Part shown: one piece after another, positions 53,018 to 64,000 of the stretch
Numbering within the stretch: the first letter of the stretch is position 1
Layout of the letters: every line of letters begins with the position of its first letter
Assembly: GCF_018350175.1 (NCBI RefSeq)
Contig: NC_058368.1
Coordinates: 144,648,001-144,712,000, forward strand
Length of the DNA stretch: 64,000 nucleotides
Direction of reading: 5' to 3'
From: Felis catus
Lineage: Eukaryota
Program-made: the position numbers and the translations under genes
Notes under the pieces: generated by a model
Seen by the model: the letters and a program-made list of their open reading frames with translations, nothing else
Databases searched by the model: none
Told to the model about the DNA's origin: nothing

Positions 53018-55051
53018 CCCAGCAGTGGCTCCTCGTCTGCCGTCTCCTTCCCCGCCTGCCGGCTCAGTCAGAGAATTCCTGCTGGAAGGAAGAGAATGTA
53101 TGTTAGGCTTCTTGCTCTGCTGGGAGGCTTTGCCTGTTGTCTGTGGGACAGCCTCTACTGGATCTCCCTTGGAAACAGCTGAAGTCAGGCTCAATTGGCT
53201 CTGAGAGCTCAGTTGGTTATGGCAGAGAGATCAGAGGCCTGCACTGGGCTCCTCTCCTCATGGGCAGCTTGTAGAGACCAGGAACTTGAGCAAGGAAATG
53301 CTGCAATCCAGCCTACTCGTCTCGCTTGGTTGCTTTTATGATAGGATTTCAAAAGCAATGGCTGAAATGGATGTGTTTCATATAAGTAGACTTTTTTTTT
53401 CCTTAAGTTTTGACCCAGGAAGCTAGCTTACAAAATTGATTCTAAGTTGGCTTGGATACCAGGCCTGGGGCTTCATAGCAAATTAAAAGTGCAAATTCCT
53501 TGGGAGCAAAGGAGCCAGGCAAGAGGGGTAAAGTGCCTTTGGGAATAGCCCAAGGTAAAGGGTGCATTCCCTTAGAAATACATGCATTGTCTGAAAGGAC
53601 ATAAGCAGGAGGCTGGTAAGATTTCCTCCTCCTGGAAATCAGGCAAAGCACTGCTCACAAATAATTAAGTCAGAGAAGAAATGTTTATTGAGCAGCTATT
53701 ATGTTTAAGGATCCCATCATTAAAGATTTTGGCCATCAGCTGGGAAGGCAATGCTAACATAGTAAGCAGTTCCTTAACATGCCAGGAGATATATGACAGT
53801 TGAGTTCACTAACAGGTGTCAAAACACTGTGTAGGGTACATGCAGATGAATGAGCAGCCCACGAGGGCTTTGGAAATTCAGAAAGAAAGCAGTCACCTTG
53901 GGCTAGAGGGGCACAGAGAAGTTTTGTGCAGACTGAGGCACCAGGCTATGGCTCAGTCAGGAGAAAGATGGAGAGTAAAGTCCAAATTAGAGAGGCAGTA
54001 AGAAACAATACTTTAACCAAACAGTAATGATTTTACAAAAACAAATTTGTGTAGTTTATTGCATTATCACAAAACCACATATAAGTAAACTGATATTTTA
54101 AAATACATCTTATTTTATATTATACATATATAGACACTAGAATATTAGATATATGGTATAATATTATATCTATATTACAGAGATTGGTACTGAGATCTAT
54201 AGCTCTCAACCTGAGAGTCAGGCTGGGGCACTGTGTGTGGTGTTTGGGGCACCCATGACAGTCCCTGACTGTGTGTGTACATGTCCCACGTGAGCTTTCC
54301 CAAAATTCCTAATGAGTTTATTTAGTTGACATTTGTGCCTCTCCCCCCAGATAAGTCAGGATTCCTCTCCCAGGGAACACTGGCCACTGAGTATCATAAC
54401 GCTGAGGGAAAGTGGCTTCTAAACTTCTGTTGCCTGTGTTCCTGTGCCCATCTGTTCAGCTCTCTGGCCTCGCATCCCCCACTCTATCCACTTAGTTGAC
54501 GCCCGCATTCTCATGTGGATCCCGGCAGCCTCAGAGTGGCTTCCTACCCCAGCAAGAAGCTTACAATTCATTTATGAAATAATGCTACTGGGAGCCTACC
54601 AAGCGCCAGGTGCTGTGCTAAGCAATGGTGATGCAACCGTGAGCAAAGGAACCAAGTTCCTTCCTTTGGGGGTTTATAATTTATTTGGGGGAGATGGTCA
54701 ATAAAAAAGAAAACAGATAAAATAATTATAGGTGGGGATGAGTGCCAAGATGGAAACAGACAGGGTATTTTTCAGAGAAACTGGGAATGATGCCGAATTT
54801 CAAGCAAGCTGTCAGGCAGAAAGAACAGCAAAAACCAAAACCTTAAAGTGGATCCCTCTCTCCCTGTGGTGAGGGTGCCTGGATGCGGAGGCCTTTGTCC
54901 CTGGAGAAGCACCACAGCTGCTCTGGCCCCTCATCTCCTGTCTCCAGCCATCTCTTCACGGAACAGTTCAGTATGTTACACTAATGCTTGGGGCACGGAG
55001 AGAACCAAAAAAATTAAAAAGCTTTGCAGCAAGGAAGCCTCAGATTTCTTT

Positions 55052-55269
55052 TTTTAAATTTTTTTTTTCAACATTTATTTATTTTTGGGACAGAGAGACA
55101 GAGCATGAACGGGGGAGGGGCAGAGAGAGAGGGAGACACAGAATCGGAAACAGGCTCCAGGCTCTGAGCCATCAGCCCAGAGCCCGACGCGGGGCTCGAA
55201 CTCACGGACCGCGAGATCGTGACCTGGCTGAAGTCGGACGCTTAACCGACTGCGCCACCCAGGCGCCCC
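55052..55269 (-). mobile_element. Young CanSINE (SINEC_Fc-like)
   Basis: CpGs intact; perfect TSD ggaagcctcagatttcttt 55033-55051 / 55270-55288. Confidence 0.96.
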
Positions 55270-55579
55270 GGAAGCCTCAGATTTCTTTACACGTCAAACT
55301 TTTGTCCTGATGGTTTCACAAGATATACTGACTTATAAAATCACCATGTTTAGAAACTAGGCAAAGCCAAATAGCGACCACTTTGGTGGACATGGATTAT
55401 CTCTTATATACCTTTTTCCAGCTTATTTATGCCACATGTTACCTATCATCTTACCATCTGTGTAGGTAACAAATCCAGCCTCTTCTAAGTAGAGGCTTCA
55501 GCTGTAGATAGTGCTTATGTAATATTTGGGGCCTTCTGGGTAAAGTAAAGCAATGTTCTTCCTGTGTAGCTTAAAAAAA

Positions 55580-55797
55580 TTTTTTTTTCAATGTTTATTT
55601 ATTTTTGAGAGACAGAGACAGAGCATGAGCTGGGGAGGGGCAGAGAGAGAGAGAATGAATGAATGAATGAATCCCAAGCAGGCTTCACCCTGTTAGCACA
55701 GAACCTGACGCAGGGCCCGACCTCACAAACCGCCAGATCAGGACTTGAGCTGAAATCAAGAGTCGGATGCTTAACCGACTGAGCCACCCAGGCGTCC
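55580..55797 (-). mobile_element. CanSINE with internal (GAAT)n
   Basis: T tail, GA tract, reverse head. Confidence 0.9.
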
Positions 55798-56337
55798 TGA
55801 GGAAAAAATGGTTTTAATGCAAGCCTGGCTCTGGCTCTTTGGGGAGCAGCTGTACCCAGGGTCCCCAGGCTATTCAATGAGACCCTTGGCTCAGTCTCAC
55901 TCCCAAGTGTATCAATTGGGACCTCAACCGTGAAATTCATTGTTCCTGCGTGTCTTGAAGAGTGAACGACATAGAGTCAATGATGTACGAATCTTCACTA
56001 AAACTTTGTGTCAGAATCACAGAAAGAGCACTGAGGACTTTGAGCTCCAGGATTGCTTTGCTTGCTGCACCCAAAGCCTCCGCAGGATTACTGGCAGGGA
56101 TCCTACGCCATTGCTCGGACAGGAGTACAATGTTGGAACTCTTGGATGTAAATTAACGTTATTTCCAAAACCAGAATCTAGATGAGATGACATTTCAAAC
56201 ATTAATATTCTGAGTCAGACACCCTCCTCCACCTCATCCTCACAGGAAGGCCTTTGAAGACCACTGGTTGTCAGTTGGCTACACACAGACACCATTCCCT
56301 CCCCTTCCTCCTGACTCTGCTCAAGATTGATCTTCTC

Positions 56338-56527
56338 AGGGCGCCTGGGTGTCTCAGTCAGTTGAGCGTCTGACTTCGTCTCAGGTCATCATCTCATGCT
56401 TCATGAGTTCCAGCCCCGCATCAGGCTCTCTGCTGCCCTCACAGAGCCTGCTTGTCCCGTCTCTCTCCGCCCCTCCCCTACTTGTGCTCTTTCTCTCTTT
56501 CAAAAGTAAATAAACATTAAAAAAAAA
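56338..56527 (+). mobile_element. CanSINE
   Basis: TSD attga(t/c)cttctca on both sides. Confidence 0.9.
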
Positions 56528-58563
56528 AATTGACCTTCTCAAACAGACTCTGATGTGAATACATATTTGTGTACAAGCAAATTAAGGAAAGAAAAATAAA
56601 GATCACATTTGAGTCAGCCTCAGAAACTAATGCATTTCTTTGTCTGAACTGTCCTAGCTTATTTTTTGGCCCATATATTGCTTGAAAAGCATTTGGACAA
56701 AGCTTCTTTTACTTTGACGAGTTCTCTGATAAATCTCAGAGATGACAGCATTGCCTTTCTGCTCAGGGAGTAGACTGGAGGGTGTGGACAAAGGTGAAAC
56801 AGACCCTAAAGATGGAGGTTAGTGTTGCCTGCCACACCCGAGGGTCAGGAAGTATCAGTGCAGTTCTTGGAGAAGCCCTCACCTACTCTTGGATAGAGAC
56901 CAATAGTAATAGCCCAGGTTGTGTGATGGGATTAATGTTGGGCCATTACAAATCCCTAGGACATCTTGAAGAATGGCCCATTTCTCTTGCCTATTGATTA
57001 ATAAAGTAATTACTGTTGTCTTTAAGACTTAGGGAATTGTTTTGAGGCATTAGCATAGAGGAAAGGCTCTCTGATTCCCTGGGCTAAAAAAAAAAAAAAA
57101 AAAAAGTCCTCACTTTTTTCAAGGACTTTGGTGCCTTTTGTTGAGAGGTTCAAGTTTCCCTATAGTATTGCTTAAAATGATGTTAAATAGAGACTTCCAG
57201 GTGGAGGCCTGGAAACATAAAAAGTTCAGACTGATCCCAGTTCCCAAAATGCAATCATGGAAGAGAGTGGATCTCCAAAGTGAATTGTGTGTAAGCCATG
57301 TCACCCTGACCTTATTAAAAGTCTGTCTTCCATTGGGTGGCCCAGGGTTTCAGCCACAGCCATACTGCACCATCCAACCCAGCCAAGCTTGGAGGATCTT
57401 GAAACAGAGTCTCTGGAACCTTCTCAATTTTAGGGAAAAAAATTCACACTCCATGTATGTGGACATCCTAGAGATCAGTATAATGCAAGAGTACTTAGAG
57501 TGACCTGCTCTATTGCTCTCTACTCAACAACCCATATTAAAAAGCTCCCAGCTGGGTGATGATGGATTAACTGGTCATTCTGATCTCTGGGCAATAGCAC
57601 ACACAGCAGGGTATCTGTTTGGGCATGTGCTTATCCTGATTTTTATCCTTTGTTGATATCCTGTAATTACTTGTTTAGATGTATATATGTTTTCTCCATT
57701 TTGTCTGTATCTCAGGCTGTCCTTCTATTGTCTGCTCTTCTATTTCCTAAAGTATGTATTTTAGTGGCTCCTTCGTTATTGATCTACGCTTTCTTTTCAT
57801 TCTCATTTTTGAAAGATAGTTTGATTCTGTTGGCTCCTAATTCCTCTTTGTGTGCTTGATCTTTGAGGGCTTGTTGCTTGATCTTCATCTATCTGTAGGA
57901 ACCCAGAGCCTACACTGAGTATACTTTCCTGATTATGCTCTGCTGGAAGCCAGGGATGGGGAGGTGGTTGCTGACCTTGGACCACTTTAGCTCCTCTCAA
58001 GGGTCCTAATTCACTAGGGGAGTCACAGATGGAGCTCTCCAACTCACTGCTGGTATCCCAACCTTAGTGCTCAGATGGACAACCGTCCTCAAGATAACCC
58101 AAACCTCCTGGCTTGTTACTTGGAGCTGTGACACCATCTCATTTGGGGTGAGTGGAGTAGGAGGGTAGTCCTGAGAGATGTATTCTTCCAAGCCCAGGAA
58201 CCTGTCTTACGCAGGCTGTCCTCAGTGTGCAATGGCAGGGTCTGATGGAGCACCTGGTGTGTCAAATAGCCAGAAACAGAAACTCTGTTGTTTCTTTTTT
58301 TCTGTATTATTACTGGAGAAAATGGCACGGACTTGAGGCAGTTTGACATTCACAATGTCTAAAACTACCCAGATTTCCCCAACCAGTGTGAAGGGGTGTG
58401 GGCAAGGAAAGAAGAAAGAGAAACACAAAGCAAACCAAAAGAGAGGTGATGGCTCCTGAAGTTCTTTCTCTTGCCTGGTGGTCTCTGTGCTATGGTAAGT
58501 GTCTATCCCGTGAGGCTGTCTAATCCCGTGTCTCTGCTTCCAGACACTCATCCAAGAGGAAGG

Positions 58564-58715
58564 ATGGCCAGTGTCTTCTCTAAGCTGCTAACTGGACGCA
58601 ATGCTTCTCTGTTACTTGCTACCGTGGGCACCGGGGCCCTGACCACCGGCTACCTGCTGAACCGGCAAAACCTGTGTGCTGAGGCCCGGGGGCAGCACAG
58701 GCTGTTCCCACCAAG
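58564..58715 (+). CDS. CKMT2: CKMT2 first coding exon: mitochondrial transit peptide [51 protein letters not shown] (exon starts 58544)
   Basis: ttccag|ACA acceptor at 58544, Kozak aggATGG, AAG|gtaagt donor; basic, hydroxyl-rich, acid-poor presequence recognised as sarcomeric MtCK. Confidence 0.97.
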
Positions 58716-59818
58716 GTAAGTCCTTTGGATTTAAAAAAAAACTCCAAGTGTCAGCCAGAAATATGCTTTCCCCTGCTGGAAACTGTCAGCCAGGGTCCCT
58801 CTTTTTGCTTTTGAGAATGATTAAATCAGACTAACAGTTTTAAGACTCACTAAGCACAGTGACCTGTGGTGAACTCAAGGAAGTACAGTGTCTTCATTCC
58901 TGCCCACAACTGGTGGTCTAGTTCAACAGCAATAATAGTAATAATTAACCTTTACTGAGCATCTTTGTGTGTTAAACGCTATATATGGAGTATCTACTTT
59001 TTTCATCTTTGCATCCCTTTGTGATAAAGTGGAGGCTTAGAAAAATTAAACAGTGCCCAAGTTCACACAGCTACCGTGGCCGAGTGCAAATCCGATGACC
59101 CTGATTCTAGATCTATCCATCATCCACTGCTGTCCCATCTTCTGGAAAATGAGGCTCTAGTACTTATATGAAGCATCAGCTTTAAAGGACACCGCACAGG
59201 GAAAGTGGGGGAGTGGCATGAAACGGACATGTTTTCTTGGCCCTTGGAACCTTGCCATGAATGAGACTGCACACACGGCATAGAGCTGGCGTGCAGTGGT
59301 GACTTGAAGAGGCTCCGCGTGGGCAGGTATGGAGGAGAGAGACAAGGAAGACCCGATGTTTCACTCAGAGACATTCACTGGCTCTTGTGGGAATCCGAAT
59401 CTCTGAGGGAGTCATCATCACCCACCATGTACTTCAGGAATTCCTGAAGGCGATTCCTTGTGTTTGAGCCCGTGATAGTCCGGAATCCCCTATCTTCAAC
59501 CAGTACACATCCTAGCAAAAGATTTTATTTCACATCATTTCTTTCTGTGTACTGTTCCAACAGATACGTACCGAATGCCTATTTCAGTAGCCAGGCACTG
59601 TTCTCAGCAACGCAGGAGTGTCTGCTGTCCCGGAGCTTGCATCGTAGGTAGAGGACAGATAAATTACTGAATGTTTATGTAGCTCCATCTGCAGGTTTCT
59701 AACCTCTCTACCACAGACCGAAGGGACCAAAATGTGGCTGTTGTGTTTTAACAAAACTTTTGAGTTAAAAAAACAAAGTTCGCATAGGATTTCCACTTAT
59801 TTTGTCATTTTCACTCTA

Positions 59819-59821
<3 letters not shown>

Positions 59822-59861
<40 letters not shown>

Positions 59862-59884
59862 TATATGTGCTGCCGAAGCGAGCA
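59822..59884 (-). pseudogene. 3'-truncated U6 snRNA retrocopy (U6 nt 2-26) with A38 tail
   Basis: Reverse complement TGCTCGCTTCGGCAGCACATATACT then 38 A; flanked by tttcactctactc (59809-59821) and tttcactctgctc (59885-59897). Confidence 0.92.
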
Positions 59885-60137
59885 TTTCACTCTGCTCTTT
59901 ACACGAACCTCAGGCAGAGTTTTGTGGGCTCCTGCAGCTGGCATCTTGGAATCCTTAAGCGGGGCCAGGTCCCTTTGGCTGTTCAGGGGACTGTGTTTTC
60001 CCTTTTTTATCTGTCTTACTTAAGTCTTGACTCCTGGTTAAAGAGAGCCTGGGGGAAGGATGGCCAGAAACAAAGCACCTTCCTAGACCGCTTCCCTCAG
60101 GCGCTGCTCACTGAAAGCCTCTCTCGTCTGCGTGCAG

Positions 60138-60336
60138 TGCGGACTACCCTGATCTGCGCAAGCACAACAACTGTATGGCCGAGTGCCTCACCCCAGCCAT
60201 CTACGCCAAGCTCCGCAACAAGGTGACCCCCAATGGCTACACCCTGGACCAGTGTATCCAGACTGGAGTGGACAACCCAGGCCATCCCTTCATAAAGACT
60301 GTGGGCATGGTGGCTGGTGACGAGGAGTCCTATGAG
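60138..60336 (+). CDS. CKMT2: CKMT2 coding exon ([28 protein letters not shown]...[24 protein letters not shown])
   Basis: gtgcag|T acceptor, GAG|gtaaaa donor; 199 bp = 1+66 codons; creatine kinase N-domain motifs. Confidence 0.98.
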
Positions 60337-61695
60337 GTAAAAATATTCGCTGCTGATTCGAAAGTGGGGGAGATGCTCTGGGTCCCAGAGTTCGCCTCCT
60401 CTCTGTGGGTCCCTGTTCTGCCTGCTCAGGAAAGGTCTCATAAAGGGCAGCCAGCGTCAGCAGACCAGCTGGAATGTTATGGACAAGGAGGTCTGTAGCT
60501 TCCCAGGGACAAGGCTTCTTTTGCTGCCACTCTAGTATCCCACCCGTTGGAGAAATGAGTTGCGTGACAGCATGCTCAGAGACTGTCAAGGGGATGAACT
60601 GGTACAGAAAAAAAAAAAAATCTTGTAATCGGTGATGTACATTTACCAGTAAAACATTGGGGAATCGTGTGTTTGTGGCTAGACTTTATTGAGGAAGGAG
60701 GATGGTCTCTGTCTTTAGTTTTGGAGTTACTGATTGCACAGCCACTGGAGTCTCGGCTATCGAGTTCACCAAGTCTCTCCGAGAAATCCCACCGTCCCCG
60801 TGTCCTCATCCTTGAGGCAGAAGCGTAGAGCGGCCTGCTGCTAGTGCAGCTCAGCCACCACGCAGCCCTCTTCACAGAGCAGCCTCACTGTTGCAGCAAA
60901 TTGCAGGGAGACTTCTTTGTGTCCTTCTGTTGCAGGGAGCTGAAGGCAGTCCCCTGGGAAAACAGCTATCAAGAGGAGGGAGGGCATCCTCCTAAATAAA
61001 CCAGACGGGTAGCTCACTCACATACAGCACTGCACTACTCTGGGCTCCCAGAGTTTCAGACTGGAGCTGGCTCCCTGGACCTAGCATGCTTCCCCACCCC
61101 TGGCCTGCCCACTTCCCATAGTTCCCAAATGCGGCAGGAACCCTATTAGGACTTCTCTTAATGTTACTTTCTTAAAGGATATATCTGAAGTTTTTATTAA
61201 AAAAAAAAAAAAAAAAAAAAGAAAGAAAAAAAGATTTGGCACCAGATAGTTTGGGCTGGGGATGGACTTCACAGGGTGAGCGCTCCCAGATTTGCCCTGA
61301 CTGTTGCTTGTAGTGCAGCTAGCTTTCCATGAATTTATTATGTGGCTTACACTCTAGAAACTGATCATCCCTTTGGACCACAAAACTGCTTGTGTCAGCT
61401 TCTTTGATCTCACAGAGGCAAGAACTTGAGAAAAACCCTCAAATTTTAAACACAAGATTTTCTTGCTTAGTCTCATGGCAGTGAGTTTGGCAGAATCACT
61501 GGGAGGTGGTATAAGCCTATTATTATTATTGATAACCATCAATCCACTCACGCCCATTTCCTGCATGGTAGCCCTGAGAATTACAGAGGAGGGCATCAAC
61601 TTTGGCCCTGAAGGTAGAAAGGGGTAAATGAAAGGAATGGCCTTGCAATAGATGAACGAATTAAAGAGGAAACAGGTGCATCTTCCCTCCTGCAG

Positions 61696-61791
61696 GTGTT
61701 TGCTGACCTTTTTGATCCTGTCATCAAACTAAGGCACAATGGCTATGACCCCAGGGTGATGAAGCACCCCACGGATCTGGATGCATCCAAG
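61696..61791 (+). CDS. CKMT2: CKMT2 coding exon ([32 protein letters not shown])
   Basis: ctgcag|GTG acceptor, AAG|gtaggt donor; 96 bp. Confidence 0.98.
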
Positions 61792-62160
61792 GTAGGTTGC
61801 AGCCCCCTGTGTACTTTGCCGGGAAGCTGGGCTGCCAGAGCCTGAAGTGAGGAGCACCTGACAGGAGGGTGGTGTTGATCACTGAGAATTGTAAGCCTTT
61901 CCTAAAGGGTTTTTTTTTTTTTTTTTTTAAATCCCAAAGCTAGTGCGGTAAAGGATTCCAGATGGCATTGCATAAAGTAGCTCTGCCCCTTGTGTATAAG
62001 GCTCCGCCCCCCTAATTCCAAAATGTGCTCAGCATGTCCAACACCGTGCCTGAGGGCCCCCTGTAGGGGACCCTGAAGGTCAGAGGGTTGGAACCCACCG
62101 TGGTTGTGGTGGGACGGTAGTCCGCAGCTGGCCGTGGTAACCCTGCGCTCTGCTTGGCAG

Positions 62161-62382
62161 ATCACACAGGGGCAGTTTGATGAGCGCTACGTGCTGTCAT
62201 CTCGGGTGCGTACAGGCCGCAGCATCCGCGGGCTGAGTCTGCCACCTGCCTGCACCCGGGCTGAGCGGAGGGAGGTAGAGAATGTGGCCATCACGGCCCT
62301 GGAGGGCCTCAAAGGGGACCTGGCAGGCCGCTACTACAAGCTGTCTGAGATGACGGAGCAGGACCAGCAACGACTCATAGAC
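62161..62382 (+). CDS. CKMT2: CKMT2 coding exon ([31 protein letters not shown]...EQDQQRLID); gene continues beyond window
   Basis: tggcag|ATC acceptor, GAC|gtgagt donor; 222 bp; SSRVRTGRS phosphagen kinase motif. Confidence 0.98.
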
Positions 62383-62531
62383 GTGAGTGAACCTTGAACC
62401 ACCTGACCCTGCCGGGGGTGGGGATGCGCCCTGAGCTCTAGTTGGTACAGTGAGGCCTCACAGGAAGCCTGCTGGGACTTCATCTTGTTTAGTATAAGGA
62501 AGGAAGAGGAGGCCTTAAAACTGGAGATCAA

Positions 62532-62749
62532 GGGGCACCTGGGTGGCTCAGTGGGTCGAGCATCTGACTTTTGCTCAGGTCATGATCTCATGGTTCATGG
62601 GCTCAAGCCTTGAGTTGGGCTTTGTGCGGACAGCTCAGAGCCTGGAGGCCGCTTCAGGTTCTGTGTCTCCCTCTCTCTCTGCCCCTCCCCTGTACCCGCT
62701 TTGTCTCTCTCCCCCAAAAATAAACAAACATTAAAAAAAAATAAAAAAT
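62532..62749 (+). mobile_element. CanSINE
   Basis: TSD aaactggaga(t/c)caag on both sides. Confidence 0.92.
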
Positions 62750-63136
62750 AAACTGGAGACCAAGCCACAAAAGTAGTCTGTGGTTACAATCTGCCGAGAA
62801 AACTCCAATAAGGAATTGGTGGGTTGGGGATCCATGGGTGGGGGTTAATAGAGGATCACCTTGCTTGTTGATAAATAGGAACAATTAAGTGTGGAAATCC
62901 TGTGTGTACCTGGAGGATGGTCTCCATTGACACACCCAAATAAAGTCCTGGCAAGTAAGAAAATCTGGAAAGGAAATTAGCCCTGACTCCCATTGGAGCC
63001 AGCTCTGGGATTCCTGCCGCCTCCATGAGTCCTCTAAAGCTTCACTCTAACGCTGGGGAAGACAAAAACCCAAGTCCTTATTTTCCCTTATTTTTTTTTA
63101 GCACAGCTGAAAAAGGATGGCAATTTCAAAAGTAAC

Positions 63137-63334
63137 TTTTTTTTAAGTCTATTTATTGAGTGAGTGCGGCAGGGGGGACATGAGCCAGGGAGGTGCAGAG
63201 AGAGGGAGAGAGAGAGAATCCCAAGCAGACAGTGCAGAGCCTGATGCAGGGTTCAATCCCATGAATCATGAGATGATGACCTGAGCCAAAATCAAGAGTC
63301 AGACACTCAACTAGACCGAGCCATCCAGGTGCCC
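63137..63334 (-). mobile_element. CanSINE
   Basis: TSD ttcaa(a/g)agtaactttt on both sides. Confidence 0.88.
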
Positions 63335-64000
63335 TTCAAGAGTAACTTTTAATTAAACTCTAAGGAAAAGCAGAAACCAGTATCTGCCATTTCAGGACAT
63401 GCAATGCCACAAAATAAGTCCCACTGCCAAACCAGATGAACTAGCGTGCTTGTCTCTACAGACCACAGTCTCTTGGTCTCTGTAGCCATCAGGCCAACCC
63501 TCTGCTTGCTCTGTTAAGACAAGCCCAACTCTGCCTCAGGTAGCCACTTGAGGTTTCCAGCATCAGGTCACCAAGCCTGTTCTAATGTCTTCTACCCCTT
63601 TCACTCACAGATTATAAAGGGACTTCCCTCTCCATATTGTCTTTATTTCTTACTTCAGTGTAATCATATTTGAATATATGGTATCCATATTCATGTTGTT
63701 ACTGTATACACACACTAAGAAAAATGCCAGTCTCTTGACACTGATTTTGATATGAAGAGTAGTGTACTGTTGTTAAAGGCACAAACTTGGAAGTCCTACA
63801 GGTCAAGTTTGAATCTAGGCTCTGTCACTTCCTAGCTGTCTAATAGTAGGTAGGTTGTTTTTTTACTCTGAATCAATTTTCCTCACTCATAAAATGATTA
63901 TACTTGCCTCATAGTGTTGTGCGGATTGAAGAAATTAAAAGCATATTAATATGCAAGCACAGACTTGGCACATAGTGACCACTAAATCAATGATAGCTAT

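Noticed and set aside
54984..55310. ORFs resembling hypothetical proteins (also 1389, 7463, 11015, 17070, 43783, 55599, 62543)
   Set aside because: They are translations of CanSINEs (AQSVKRPTSAQVMIS / ETEHERGRGRERG)
59732..60226. 164 aa ORF with a poly-Phe run
   Set aside because: Poly-Phe comes from the T38 tail of the U6 retrocopy; the 3' part is an off-frame reading of a CKMT2 exon
1..64000. A novel multi-gene system, CRISPR array or prokaryote-type locus
   Set aside because: The window is mammalian intron/exon DNA explained by RASGRF2, CKMT2 and common repeats; no regularly spaced repeat-spacer array or unexplained long ORF was seen
42000..64000. Antisense lncRNA equivalent to human CKMT2-AS1
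   Set aside because: Known only from human annotation; no exons can be supported from this sequence

Overview
Mammalian (carnivore, very probably felid, judged from abundant cat-type tRNA-derived CanSINEs) genomic DNA. It holds the last nine coding exons and long 3' UTR of RASGRF2 (+ strand; REM end and CDC25 RasGEF domain, stop at 33646-33648). These are followed head-to-tail by the CpG-island promoter and first four coding exons of CKMT2, sarcomeric mitochondrial creatine kinase (+ strand, ATG 58564, continuing past the window). All 13 coding exons have GT-AG ends and join in frame. The rest is intronic or intergenic and full of CanSINEs, L1/L2/MIR fragments, MER5-type DNA transposons and two LTRs. 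Most entries in the ORF track are spurious. I found no evidence of a new multi-gene system. The main hidden signals are: two independent 22-25 nt U6 snRNA 5'-end retrocopies with target-site duplications inside CKMT2 introns, one of which creates a strong cryptic 3' splice site; a near-perfect extended CTCF site in the RASGRF2 3' UTR; an apparent gene-conversion patch between two SINEs; and a homeobox-motif-rich element just downstream of the CKMT2 promoter. Repeat boundaries and family names were assigned by eye and are approximate.
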